A DNA stretch of 64,000 nt from Podarcis gaigeae. Taxonomy: Eukaryota. Shown here in pieces: positions 37,466 to 49,500 of this stretch (positions are counted from its first letter, which is position 1; every line of letters starts with the position of its first letter). The position numbers and the translations under genes were made by a program. The notes beneath the pieces are model-generated. The model saw only the letters and a list, made by a program, of their open reading frames with translations, did no database searches and was not told the DNA's origin. The stretch lies in the NCBI GenBank assembly GCA_964106915.2, contig OZ066923.1. The stretch is one strand, 5' to 3'.

Positions 37466-37668
37466 ACGCTATCTGCCTGTACTCAGAGGGTTTCCTGCAA
37501 AGTACATCTATGATCCTTGGAATGCCCCCGAGGGTGTCCAGAAGGTTGCAAAATGTGTAATAGGAGTGAATTACCCTAAACCAATGGTAAATCACGCTGA
37601 GGCAAGTCGCTTGAATATTGAAAGGATGAAACAAATCTACCAGCAACTATCACGATACAGAGGATTAG
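37466..37668 (+). CDS. CRY1: CRY1 coding exon 9 (203 nt)
   Basis: [26 protein letters not shown]...[18 protein letters not shown] (coiled-coil helix); G|GTATGG. Confidence 0.97.
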
Positions 37669-38443
37669 GTATGGTAAAATGTTTTGATTTAGAGAAGTTC
37701 ACTTCTTTCTGTACTTGACTGCTTCTCTATAGCCACAGGGCCCAGGCATAATGAGTGTAACTAGGTGATTGAAAGGATTGGCAAATGAAAGACTGTTTCT
37801 CTTGTGCATTTCATTCATGTCAACTGTTTTATGTTGAACTGTTGTGTTAAATTTTGTGAACCACTCTATAAAGGGTTTATCCAGCTAAGGTATACTCTGA
37901 GTAGACCCATTGAAATCAATGGAATTACATAACTCAATTGATTTGGTGAGAGTACTCTGAGGATGACTTGACCAGATGCAAATCGGAATTTTTCAATGAT
38001 CCATTGGATTAGATTTTTTTAAAACATGGAGTTGGATCCATTTTTTAGTCATAGTAAGTGTCTAACTTAGTTGGATACAGCCCATTGCATTCTTCTGTCT
38101 GGAAAGAGAAAATGAACATCCATATGAAAGGAGAATTTGCTGCTTTTACGTACTTTCCAGATACTGATCTTGGTGCTGCCTTTGTGCCCCCCCCCTCCCC
38201 GGTTCCTGCATTTTTAAAATCTTTGTATTCGAATTCAGACTATGTTCTCATGCCTGGATGAACAGTCATAAATTTAACAATACTGCCAATCCTTGTAATT
38301 TTCTTCTATGATCTGTTTCTTGGAGGACCTAATTTTCATTTTGGATGAAATACAGAAAGCCCACCAGCAGAATTGGAAAAGATAGTGACTAAACAAAAAT
38401 GCATGTTCTTCATTCTGATGCTAATGTATTTTGTTTTGATTAG

Positions 38444-38545
38444 GTCTGCTTGCATCAGTGCCTTCTAATGGGAATGGGAATGGAAATAGTGGCCTAATGG
38501 GATATTCACCAGGGGAAACCCTTCCTAGTTGTACCAATGCCAGTG
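38444..38545 (+). CDS. CRY1: CRY1 coding exon 10 (102 nt, tail)
   Basis: GLLASVPSNGNGNGNSGLMGYSPGETLPSCTNAS; G|GTAAGT. Confidence 0.93.
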
Positions 38546-39722
38546 GTAAGTTCTACCTATTCTTAATAAAAGTAGGCTGGGAAATAGAAAGCAGTAAACT
38601 CTACTTAAGACTCCAATGACATTGTATTGTTTAGCAAATCTATCTTACCAACTTTCAAAAATTAGAACTTCAATAGCATATGGTCATTATTATTCATAAT
38701 CACTCAGTTAATAGGTAAAGTGGACATCTACACACAGACTACAGATGGGATAGGGTTTAATTCACTCCACAGCTTTTGAGGGAGCATCATGCCTCTTATC
38801 TCAGCACCTGGACTGGAACACAATTAGCCAATAGTCAATTACTGCATTTTCCACAAATAAATGCGTACTGAAGGCAGTTTAAATAAGTAGTTTCCAATAA
38901 AGTACATAACCATAAAAAGTTAAAAGAACTCCAACACAACACTAACAGTCTAAAAAAACAAACCAGAAAGGCGAAATGCAATGTTTTCATTTTATTTGTA
39001 CAGCATCTATTATACTGATAACCAGTTGCAGGTAGAGATCCTTTCCACTACAAAAGGGGAACTCTTCAACTTTCTTAGTGTTTACATCTGAGTATGTAAT
39101 ATGTATATATAAATATTGATAGCATATATATTAATAATGTCATAAAATACAGTTATGATGACTAAATATTTAATAGTTCTTTTCAAAATAATATGCAGAT
39201 GTAGTTCTACAATACAGTATTTAGAAATCAGGATTAAGGCCTTTTCTATCTTGGTTACTTTGAACCTAGATGAAAGTACTTGCAAGTCATTGTTTGCATG
39301 TACTAAGATTCCTGTCCAAGTTCAGTTAACATGCGAAAGTAGAGATTGCACATGGATTTGGTTAAGAAAATGGGCTATGTAACTAGCACACAAATACACA
39401 TAAGGAGCTCAGGCAGTTTAGCATTTCACATGCTGAAGAAGTTCTCATAGCTTTCAGATTATAATCTTTAAAACCAAACAAAAATAGTTTGGGGGACTGA
39501 CCAGAAAGTCTAATTTCTTGAATGGCAAAGGAATAAATGCTTCCTTCAGGCAGGATCATAAATGAATTGGCAGTCTAGCCAGAAATTAATTTTATTGTGA
39601 TTGTGGATGTGTCTGCATTGCACTGGGACAGAGATACCATTAAAACAAATTTACTATTGATAGGAAGCCTGTACCTTCCCAGAAATGAGTAGAGCTAACC
39701 ATGCAGATTTGTGTTCTTCCAG

Positions 39723-39818
39723 GATCTCAAATGGGAACAAATGAAGCCCATACAGGAAGTGTTCAAACATGCACTTTAGGAGAACCTCATACAGGAACTA
39801 GTGGAATTCAGCAGCAAG
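39723..39818 (+). CDS. CRY1: CRY1 coding exon 11 (96 nt, sauropsid-type tail exon)
   Basis: ttcttccAG|; GSQMGTNEAHTGSVQTCTLGEPHTGTSGIQQQ; G|GTAAGA; resembles the avian CRY1 tail; keeps frame. Confidence 0.88.
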
Positions 39819-40556
39819 GTAAGACAACATTGCTTCAGTTTTGCATTAAATTTCTCAGAAGTCTAACTTATTCCAATACTTTGGATTATACCAATTGAAC
39901 ATGGGGAATGAGGGGTTTCCTGCCATGCCGCCTGTAATTATGTGCACCTTGTCTCTATCGGACAGGTTCCTTTTAACCTTCTTTAAGTGAATGTATCTCA
40001 GCAAAAATATCTGGCCCTCTCCAAGAGGAACCAAAATAAAGTCAAGAGAACTTCATGCTGAAGCATCAGAGTTTGTAAATCAAAGAAAAGTTTATCTCCC
40101 ACTTGCCCCTACAAAGTTTCAGATGCTTTTAGTACCAATTCCCCGGCTACCCTCTGTGTAAGTGTGTTGTTGAGGACCAAGGTGCAAGAGGAAGAATTCT
40201 AGAAAATAAATGGGACTTCCTCAAGTGGGATTTGCATTGCATTGCCAGCAATCATACAGGTTGTCATTTAGAGAGAGCTAAGTATGCCTGAATAATTAAG
40301 CACTGAAATCTCACTGGCTTTAGAAAAAGTGAGATAGTTCTGTCAGTATTTATCCACCCATATGCTGGAGTTCTACAATTTTCAGCTATGCAAGTTAACC
40401 ACAGATCCCAACTGGAACGGTGGAGAAGGAAATAAAGCAGGAGGAACACATGGGACTTCAAAATTTTAGCCTCTTAGGTATGCACACAGCCAAAAGCTAT
40501 TCCTTGGGGCCAAGGGCACGGGCTGCAACAAGACTAATTTTTAGATTTCCCTATGT

Positions 40557-40802
40557 CATGGGTAGGCAAACTAAGGCCTGGGGGCTGGATCCGGCCCAAT
40601 TGCCTTCTAAATCCAGCCCACGGACAGTCCGGGAATCAGTGTGTTTTTACATGAGTAGAACGTGTGCTTTTATTTAAAATGCATCTCTGGGTTATTTGGG
40701 GGGCACAGGAATTTCTTCGCCCCCCCCAATATAGTCCGCCCCCCCCACAAGGTCTGAGGGATAGCAGACTGGCCCCCTGCTGAAAAAGTTTGCTGACCCC
40801 TG
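40557..40802. mobile_element. hAT (Charlie-like) MITE
   Basis: TIRs catgggtaggcaaact / agtttgctgacccctg; near-perfect 8-bp TSD CCCTATGT/CACTATGT. Confidence 0.78.
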
Positions 40803-40992
40803 CACTATGTATTCACCAAGCTTAGACACCTACCTTTTAAGATTTATGTAGCTTACACAATTGACAGCCCAGTTGGAGGCACTTAAATTAAAATGTATTA
40901 TAATTGTATGAAGAATTTCTAGAACTTTGATCAGAAATATTTATTGCAGATCTATTACACATTTCAAAAATATTTTAATGTGTTTTTAGCAG

Positions 40993-41064
40993 GTTACCCT
41001 CAAGGGAGTGGTATTTTGCATTACGCTCATGGGGAAGGCCAGAAAACACACTTAATTCAGCAAG
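40993..41064 (+). CDS. CRY1: CRY1 coding exon 12 (72 nt; counterpart of human exon 11)
   Basis: tagcAG|; GYPQGSGILHYAHGEGQKTHLIQQ; G|GTAAGT. Confidence 0.94.
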
Positions 41065-41145
41065 GTAAGTTCTATAAACATGTGTGATGGCATTATCTGA
41101 AACTCAAATAGATTCTTAAAGTAGGTCTTTGGTTTCAATTTGCAG

Positions 41146-41249
41146 GAAGAGCATCTCTTGTTGCTGGAATGTGCACTGGGAAACGTCCAAATCCAGAAGA
41201 GGAAACTCAGAGCATTGGTCCCAAAGTCCAGCGACAAAGCAGTAATTAA
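41146..41249 (+). CDS. CRY1: CRY1 coding exon 13 with stop codon (total CDS 1866 nt, 621 aa)
   Basis: [34 protein letters not shown]; probable donor GG|GTAAAA 4 nt after the stop. Confidence 0.95.
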
Positions 41250-42629
41250 TTGGGTAAAAATAAGAACTCTGAAGGAAGATATTAATGATAGAAAACCACA
41301 TGCTGATGTCAGAAGGAAAAACTAAACATGCCTCCTGAATGGTTAAGAACATAGCTTCCATTAGAGGAGTGGACCAAATATCATTGAACCTAACATCCTG
41401 CGTGGCAGTGGCCAAGAGTCCTGACAATTCAGTTTATGCTTTTAGCAGTTGCATGGGACTACCATATGACTTGTATTGCCAGTTCTGCTCCATTTAGCTT
41501 AACTTGCCCCCACCCCTTAAAACTGTGCATTAGCTTTGTCTATTTTTTGAGCTTGCTGAGTGATGATAACCATCCACTTCAGTCATCAGTTATTTGTGTA
41601 ACTTTCTTTGAGCAGGGAAAGGGAACGATTTTGTTTAATTTGACTCCACTCATTCTTATGCTCTTATGCATAGTTTTTCTACTGAGAAAGTGGAAGTTTC
41701 ATTTCATTTATTACCATTACATTATACAGTTGTCAGTCCTGCAACTTGTTTTTTTCCTCCCTAAGCTGCAGCAGGTCTAAGATACTGTCCTGTTGGCAGC
41801 TTCGAATCTGCACCCCCATAAATATTCATGTTCTGCTCTCCCCCTTTAGAGATAATATCCAAATGCATACCCAGTGTAAACACTGCACATAGATTTATCT
41901 AGGTTGGTTGCAGTATTTTTCTGTAGTTCTTGCACGTCTTTATGTTGCTGCAAATCTGCATCCGTAGGCCTATGAAGTGTGCATTTAGAATAAGTAGCCA
42001 TGCCTGTTCTGAAGCATATTTTGTACTGAAGCAGTTACTCTGTTCTAGCCTGTTTAGAATAGCTGGGGCCATGTGTTTTCTTCTGCAGCTGTAGAGCAGG
42101 GTTTGGAGCAGTTAACAGAAAATTATTCTGTACAACAAATTACTTAAACATCCGCATAGTTGGGAAATCTCCCCTATCTTTCTATGACGACCATACCAAG
42201 AACCCTAAATATTCATATAACTGCTGAGTGTTATCAGCTGACATAGAAGGGTTGAACAGTTTATTTTGCTGTATTTTTCTCTGTATGCCTGAAATATTTA
42301 TTGTAAGTATGAAGAATTGCTCCAGCAATTATGTTTTGATGTGTCACCTTAGTTCTGAGTTTTGTTTAAAATACTGTGGCATTGTGATCTGAAATATGCC
42401 ATATCGGTATTATGGATAAACATATTGTCAGACTTCACTTAACATTGTGCTTCCATCAAATTCAATCCATTTTACCACTCTACACACTCCTTTGCCTCAA
42501 TCGGCAGCTTCTTGACTAATTTACAAGATATAAAAACAGCCATCTATTTGCCCTGCACTATTTATATTCTGTTCAAGTTTTATTGACTCCCTCCTTTATT
42601 TTACACTTTGAGGCACACCAAAGGTTGTA

Positions 42630-42802
42630 GGGCTATACCTCAGTGGGAGAGCATCTGCTTTGTATACAGCAGGTCCCAAGTTCAATCTGGCATCTCCAGG
42701 TAGAGCTAGGAGAGAAACTGTGAAAAGCGGCTGCCAGTCTGTAAGCAATACTGAGCAAGATGACCAGGTGCTCCAAGTATAAGGCAGCTTTCTGTGTTCC
42801 TA
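42630..42802 (+). mobile_element. old tRNA-headed SINE with L2-type tail (related copies near 4015-4195, 50265-50720, 58490-58600)
   Basis: A/B-box-like head ctcagtgggagagc...gttcaatc; tail ataaggcagctttctgtgttccta. Confidence 0.65.
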
Positions 42803-43329
42803 AGATCTAGACTTATAGGTCAAGCTCTTATGGCTAATTTTGTCATATTATCTCTCCAATAGGCCTCTAGAAAAACTTTACTTTTGTGAGTTACTGAAAG
42901 TTTAACATAGCATTGTGTGGATCATGTAAAATTTGGTAGCTTACACAAGTACTGAAGATTGGGAAAAAAGACCAGTCTGTTCTTCTTAAAAACACAAAAA
43001 ATGCATTCTGTAGCTGCCCATTATATTTGGAAATATTTTTTACCTACTCAGCTTTCACAGCAAATATTTGGCTGCAGTCCATCACACACTTCCCTGGGAG
43101 TACGCCCAGTTCAACTCAGGGGGGCTTATTTCTGAGAAGACATGCATGCAATTTCATTGTTAGTTTGCAGTGCATGTATGTCTATGGACAGTTGTCTTTG
43201 CCTCTTTTTCTTACCTGTTATTTTTTGACAGGGCTGTTTACAATATAAAACACAAAAAGGTATAGCATAATAATGATAAACATAAATAATAATAAACATA
43301 AATAATAAAAATACACATAATTACACTCA

Positions 43330-44090
43330 CCCATTTAATAAGCCACAGATCATTTAATTAGCCAAAGGCCTGGGAGAAGAGGAATGTTTTTGCTTGGAGC
43401 CTAAAGATACATAACAAAAAAAAGTGCCAGGGAAGCCTCCTTGGGGAGAGCATTTGACAAGTGGGGCGCCACCTCATAAAGGGCTCATTCTTGTGTTGCC
43501 ACCTCCAGACCTCTTGTGTAGGAGGCAGATGAAGAAGAGCCTCAGGTGATAACTGCAGGGTCTGGGTCAGGTCATATGGGGAGAGGCAGTCCTTGAGGTA
43601 CTGTGGTCTTGAGCTGTTTATAACTATAGGTCAGAACCAGCACTTTGAATTGGGCCCAGAAACTATTTGACAGCCACTGCAGTCGGGCCAAGGCTGGTGT
43701 TATAGGCTCAAACCATCTTGTCCTCGTGAACAACCTGGCTGCTGAATTCTGCACCAAAACTGGGCCTAAACTGCGATTGAAATGGATGTAGAAAATTTGT
43801 TTCCTCCAAGAGTGCCTAGATCTGGTCTGCGACCACTCGTTGAATAACCTTGCCCAAGAAGGGGAGGTTGGTAACTGAGCAGTAATGACTTAGATTACTT
43901 GAGTGGTTTTACCACTGCCTCCTTCAAGTCGTCAGGGACCACTCCCTCTCGCAAGGAGGCATTGATCACCTCCCTTGCCCAGCAAGCTGTCCCATCCCTG
44001 CTAGTTTTTATCAGCCAAGAGGGGCAAGGGTCCAGAACACAAGTGGTCACCCTGACAGATCCAAGCACCTTGCCCACAATTCATTGAACA
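43330..44090 (-). mobile_element. L2-like LINE fragments
   Basis: Minus ORF remnants VQNSAARL..TR..EPITPALARLQWL and TTCVLDPCPSWLIK are characteristic of L2 ORF2. Confidence 0.8.
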
Positions 44091-44427
44091 TAACAGGATT
44101 AGACAGTGCTCTGGACATCACTTACTTGTGTTCTGAAATTCCCAAATCACCATTCTTTTTTGTTTGGACTTCCACTGCCAGCAGGAAGCTACACATTGTA
44201 GTCTTATGGCACCTTACATGCAGCACAACTTATGCAAGTGATGAAGCAGTCATTAAATTAAATTATGAACAGACAATGTATGCAGAAAATGTGATTCATT
44301 ACATATAAAAACATATTAACAAATATTAAAATGTATGCAAGGTATGGTAACAAGTTTCAGAAAGAGAAAACATATAATATTTATTGAGAATTAATTCCTA
44401 ATGGACTGATTCATTTTTGTCTTGCAG

Positions 44428-45105
44428 CTTTGCTGAAAGAGAAGGATCCACACCCTAAAATTTCAGGGCAAAATTATTTCACTTCATATTGGAATTAAAA
44501 GTTTTTGTGAGAGTACTTGTATTAAAATGTGCATTTTCATGCATTTATTTTCACACAGTCTGAATGGTTGTAAACAAGTATGTTTTTTAATGCATTGTTT
44601 CTAACTGGTATTTCTATGGTTTTTAAACTTTTAATGACTCACAAAGGGGAAATAGAGAATTGTAAATAAAGCATTTGGTGATGAATTTGGTAACTTACTG
44701 TAAATATAAGCATTCATGATTAGTGATAGACTCATCAATATATTTTTGATATTTCATGTATGGCTTTCAGAAAAGGCTTTAATTGGATGGATATAAAATG
44801 GAAACTGTCCAGACAATGATGACCTTGATCATTTTTAGATTTAATATTTTTAGATTCGGGGCAGGATTTTTGACCCCTTTATGAACCAAACTGTCTTTTC
44901 AAAATGGTCAGCTCTTATATGTCTGTGTATAAAATACAATAGAGATGTTACTCTATGAAAATACAGCTGTATATAAGTCTCATATGCCAATATTTTGTTA
45001 AACTATGAAGTTGTCATGTCTGATGTTTTGTCCTTGTATTTCCCACTGCCTTGTTCAATCACAGTGAGGATGCCCTTGTTAATAAAAATGTATATACAGG
45101 TTGTT
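44428..45105 (+). other. CRY1: probable CRY1 terminal non-coding (3' UTR) exon
   Basis: Acceptor tttttgtcttgcAG at 44414-44427; AU-rich and repeat-free; AATAAA at 44665 and 45081 with downstream GT/T-rich tract; mammalian CRY1 also has a UTR-only last exon. Confidence 0.6.
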
Positions 45106-45553
45106 TCATTTAAGTCTTGTTTTTGAGCAGATTTTGTATTGGTCTAGTCAATACCGTTTTTAAGAAGTGCTAGCATACAAGTTTTGAATTGCTTATACCT
45201 TGTGTTTATAGAATTTTATAGCTTCAAATAGCATTTGAAGAGTTTAATCACCCTCACTAGCTATTGTCCTAAGCACCCACAGCCAAGGAAGGCACATATC
45301 TGATAGCTAATCCTTTACTGACAAAAGTGCGTACTTAAAGCAACTCTCACAGTGCTCCAGAAGTCCAGTTACTGAACTTAAATATGGAACATGTTTACTT
45401 CTGATATTTTGCCTCTTATAAGGGTAGTAGTTCCTGTTATTCCTTTCACAATGAGTCCCTCTGCATTTCTTTTCTGCATTCAGCTGGAAGCAGGTTTATC
45501 CCTGGTTCCATATGGCATTTGTGGCAATGCTATCTTCTACATTACTATCCTGC

Positions 45554-45778
45554 CAGTGGTACCTTGGGTTACATACACTTCAGGTTACATACACTTCAGG
45601 TTACAGACTCCGCTAACCCAGAAATAGTGCTTCAGGTTAAGAACTTTGCTTCAGGATGAGAACAGAAATCATGCTCCGGTGGCGCGGCAGCAGCAGGAGG
45701 CCCCATTAGCTAAAGTGGTGTTTCAGGTTAAGAACGGACCTCCGGAACGAATTAAGTTCTTAACCCGAGGTACCACTG
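45554..45778. mobile_element. Tc1/mariner MITE (CAGTGGTACC family)
   Basis: TIRs cagtggtaccttgggtta / taacccgaggtaccactg. Confidence 0.85.
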
Positions 45779-45891
45779 TACTTGCTCTGGTTTTTAGTAG
45801 TAAATATTTGCTTTAGTACACAAAGAATTTAAACAGGATATAAAAATGGCAAACATTGCCTGTTTAATTCCTGGGAACAGGTAACATATTA

Positions 45892-46507
45892 CAGTGGTGC
45901 CCCGCAAGACGAACGCCTCGCAAGACGAAAAACCCGCTAGACGAAAGGGTTTTCCGTTTTGGAGGCGCTTCGCAAAACGAATTTCCCTATGGGCTTGCTT
46001 CACAAGAATTTCCCTATGGGCTTGCTTCGCAAGCGCTGCCGCCCGCCAGCATTTTAAGATCGCCCCGGACAGCGGAGAAGTCCTCCGCTGTCCCGGGGTT
46101 TTTAAAATGTGGGCGGGCGGCAGCGAAGGCTTCGCTGCCGCCCGCCAGCATTTTAAAATCGCCCCGAGAAGTCTCCGCTGTCCCGGGGGCTTTTAAAATG
46201 CTGGGGGACGGCAGCGAAGGGTTCGCTGCTGCCCGCCAGCATTTTAAGATCGCCCCGGGACAGCGGAGAAGTCTCCGCTGTCCCGGGAAGGCAGGCAGGG
46301 GGAAGCAAAGACTTTCGCCCCCCGCCGGCCTTCAGAAGAGGTCGGGGGACAGACTGTCCCCGGACCTGGTCTGAAGGCGGTTTCCATAGGAACGCATTGA
46401 TAGATTTTCAATGCATTCCTATGGGAAACCGTGCTTCGCAAGACGAAAAACTCGCAAGATGAAAAGACTTGCGGAACGAATTAATTTCGTCTTGCGAGGC
46501 ACCACTG
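45892..46507. mobile_element. young Tc1/mariner MITE with internal GC-rich tandem hairpins
   Basis: TA|CAGTGGTGCCCCGCAAGACGAA ... TTCGTCTTGCGAGGCACCACTG|TA; CpGs intact. Confidence 0.9.
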
Positions 46508-49500
46508 TACAAGAAATAAAATAGTAGCAATGCAGGTTGAAATGCTCCTGGTTAGTTCTATAGTAAAGAACAGGGAACTAGGCCTAAATCTGGTATGCAA
46601 TTCCCAAGTAGCTGATTTTTTGAATTTAACTGTGACACCAGTGCAGCAAAGTGCAACCATAAAATATAGTGCAAACATCATAGAAAGGTGGAGCTTTTCT
46701 CTGTCACCAACTGCTTCACAGTTCCACTCCTCCATGCAAGGTGAGTTAATACCACTTTCCCAGTTCCCACATTAGAGGTTAGCACTGCAGTTGCACTTAA
46801 AGTTAGAAAAAACACTGCAGCCCAGGTCTTGAAACATGGAGGACTCCCAGGAAAACCCTTGAATGCAGTAGTTTTTGCAACCATTTTGTCTGGATTCTCC
46901 AGAAAACCAGAATAAACTACTTAAACACCAGTTCTTTATGGTTTATTACTATCCATATAAATCTTTAGGAATAATAAAAATCCATTGAATTTATTTGTTA
47001 ATCTGAATGGTGAAAGTAATCAAGCTTTTTGCGGAGTTCTTTTTTTAAAAATAAAATAAAATCAAACCTCTGTTCTTGTCAATTTGACCTATAGAGGGTG
47101 CTCCAAGAGCTAAAGTATGATTTCTTCTTCTTCACCTCATACATCTCTGGGATAGCCAGCACTTTTGTAAACAGTATACAAACAATATGCCCAGCCAGTG
47201 CTCTATAATCTAGATTCAGAGAGTAACTTCAGTTCATCTCTTGTGAAGAGCGAAAGAGTGCATCTGATGGTCAATATCTACCTTTCTGAAGGGGATGTGA
47301 AAGCCTGCTTTCATCTTTAATATAAACAAGAATGAGTGCCACAGAAGGAAACACTTTATTTCTGAGAACCGCAGGTCTCTCCCCCCCCCCATCTGTCTTG
47401 CAGTGTGGGGAAGTGTTTTTTAAACCATTCTTAAATTGTAAGCCAGAAAGTGTTTTCTGTTCTGCACGGTAGTAGTTTATTCTACTAAAAGGGCACTTGT
47501 GCATCCCTATAAGTAATTGCACACCGTACATGCAATTGGATCAACACTTACATCCCAGACCTGCTAATTGGATAGAGAGTTGACGCTTTTTGTTACCACC
47601 TGGAGAGAAATCCCTTATTTGTAATGAGAACAGTTCCTTATAATTTGTTTTAATATATTTTTGTCCTGCTCTTCAGCCAGAAAGGGATCTCAAGGGACTT
47701 ACAAAAAAATAAGCAAGCTGCCTTTGGCCCTCCCTGCCCTCAGCCTTACCGTTAAATTAACAGACACAACACAAAAGGGGGAAAGATGAGGAGGGAGGAG
47801 GAAAAAAGTAATCTTTGGCACCAGGTCTTAAAAATTACTGTTCTTAGAATGTTCGGTTGGGATGGGACAGTAAATAAAATGGATCCATTGTTAATTGTGT
47901 GGCAAGTGTCAGTTAACTGTTGCTCTTCAAATAGCAGCTTTTGACAGCTCCCCTCCCCTCACTTTTGTTTTTTCTAATGTCTAGACACTTCCTCTCCTCC
48001 CTCAGGTCTCATTTGTACCCAGCATTCTATGCCCCTCCCTGCTACCTACACATTTGAATGAACAGTCAAGATGCATCTCTTTGAAAGTCTGTAGCATCCT
48101 GCTAAATGCTAATCCTAAAGCAGAAATCAAGGGAAGTGGTGAAGTTTTCACCTTTTGACAAGACCTTACAAGTGACCAATTTAGCAAGCAGTTTCATAAC
48201 ACGCGTGCTGTAGTCCCATTTTGTAGGTAACAATTTCAGGTTTCAGACTCGAAAGAGGAATAGAAGCTGGATTACAGGGGACTCTGGTGTTCATGCATGC
48301 AGGTTCTGTACAACATCCACCCACTGTTCTCTTGAAAATACAGACCCATATTTCCCATTTAATTGAGATTTACCGTTGACACAAAATATCTGAAGTCAAA
48401 CAAAAACAGCAAATACTGATTAAATGGTGGAGGGAAAATATGGAATGGCCTTTTGATGAAGGCAACACATGGACACTAACCCCCCCCCCCCAACTGCATG
48501 CATGAATCTGAATACCCTTAAGGCAGTAGCAGCTCCCAACTTAAAGCAAAAACCAGTGTCCTCCCTTTTGTATGCCCCTCCAGGTGTGCTAGCAGTATGC
48601 TGATCTGGTTCCTATTGTGCTACTAGGTCCTGCATTCCCCCATTGCATTATTCGTTGCTCACTGTGCACAAGGAGAAGAAAAGCAAAGGGCTGGATCAAG
48701 AATACACAGATGCTTTTCTTTGGTGCTGGGAGAAGGTGCTTCATCATACTGATTATGGAAGGGAGGAAGAGATGAGTAACATTTTGCAATGGCCGCTTAA
48801 AACAGGTGAAGCCTGGGAAGATGGTAAAACACAGTGGGGAGTTTGTGAAATTTCCAAGTGTTCCCAATTACACTAGCAGAGCCTTAAAATAGTACAGTGA
48901 TTGGTTCAGCATTTAGCTTTGATACTGATTTGCTACAGCATGCCTGCAGATTCCTTATTGAAGCGATGCTTAGAAGATGAACCATGGGCAATGCCATAAT
49001 CCATACAAAATAATTTAGGTTTGGGAAGTACAAAATGATGGAAGCATTAGTCTGGTCTTCCTTCTGTGCATCTGGTGCAGTAAGTAGTGGTGGTGAAAGA
49101 TAGTAATTGAAATATTCAGCTAACTTCCATTGGATTTAGTTTAATGTACCAAAAAGCAGAAGACTGTAATATTTGCATTTGCAAAATTAAAGGCTGGAAT
49201 AATTGACTTACCTGGGAGTGTGAGCCCTATCAAACTCAGTGGGACTTCTTTTTGATCAGACATGTCTTGGGTTGCACTGTCCGGCAGCTGTTGACAACCC
49301 AATTCATTAATGCAGGACAGAGGATGCAAGAATATCGGCAGCTACACACAGTAAGCATCCCTCCTTCCATCATTATCTCTAATATGTGCTAATGACTCTA
49401 TAGCTAGATAGAGGAGACTGAGTAATTCTGATAGGCCCCTCTGGCCAAGTAAAACTCTTAAGATTTTCATAATTAAAATCCATACAGATTTCATTAATTG

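Noticed and set aside
39912-39990. ACNY peptide resembling part of the avian CRY1b tail
   Set aside because: Only four residues, in a different frame from the read-through, preceded by a stop and lacking a convincing acceptor
41118-41129. RRE-like AAAGTAGGTCT in intron 12
   Set aside because: Core is AGGTCT rather than AGGTCA, isolated, and lies in the branch/acceptor region of an 81-nt intron
46030-46290. CRISPR-like palindromic repeats
   Set aside because: Eukaryotic DNA, no unique spacers, no cas genes; internal to a TIR element
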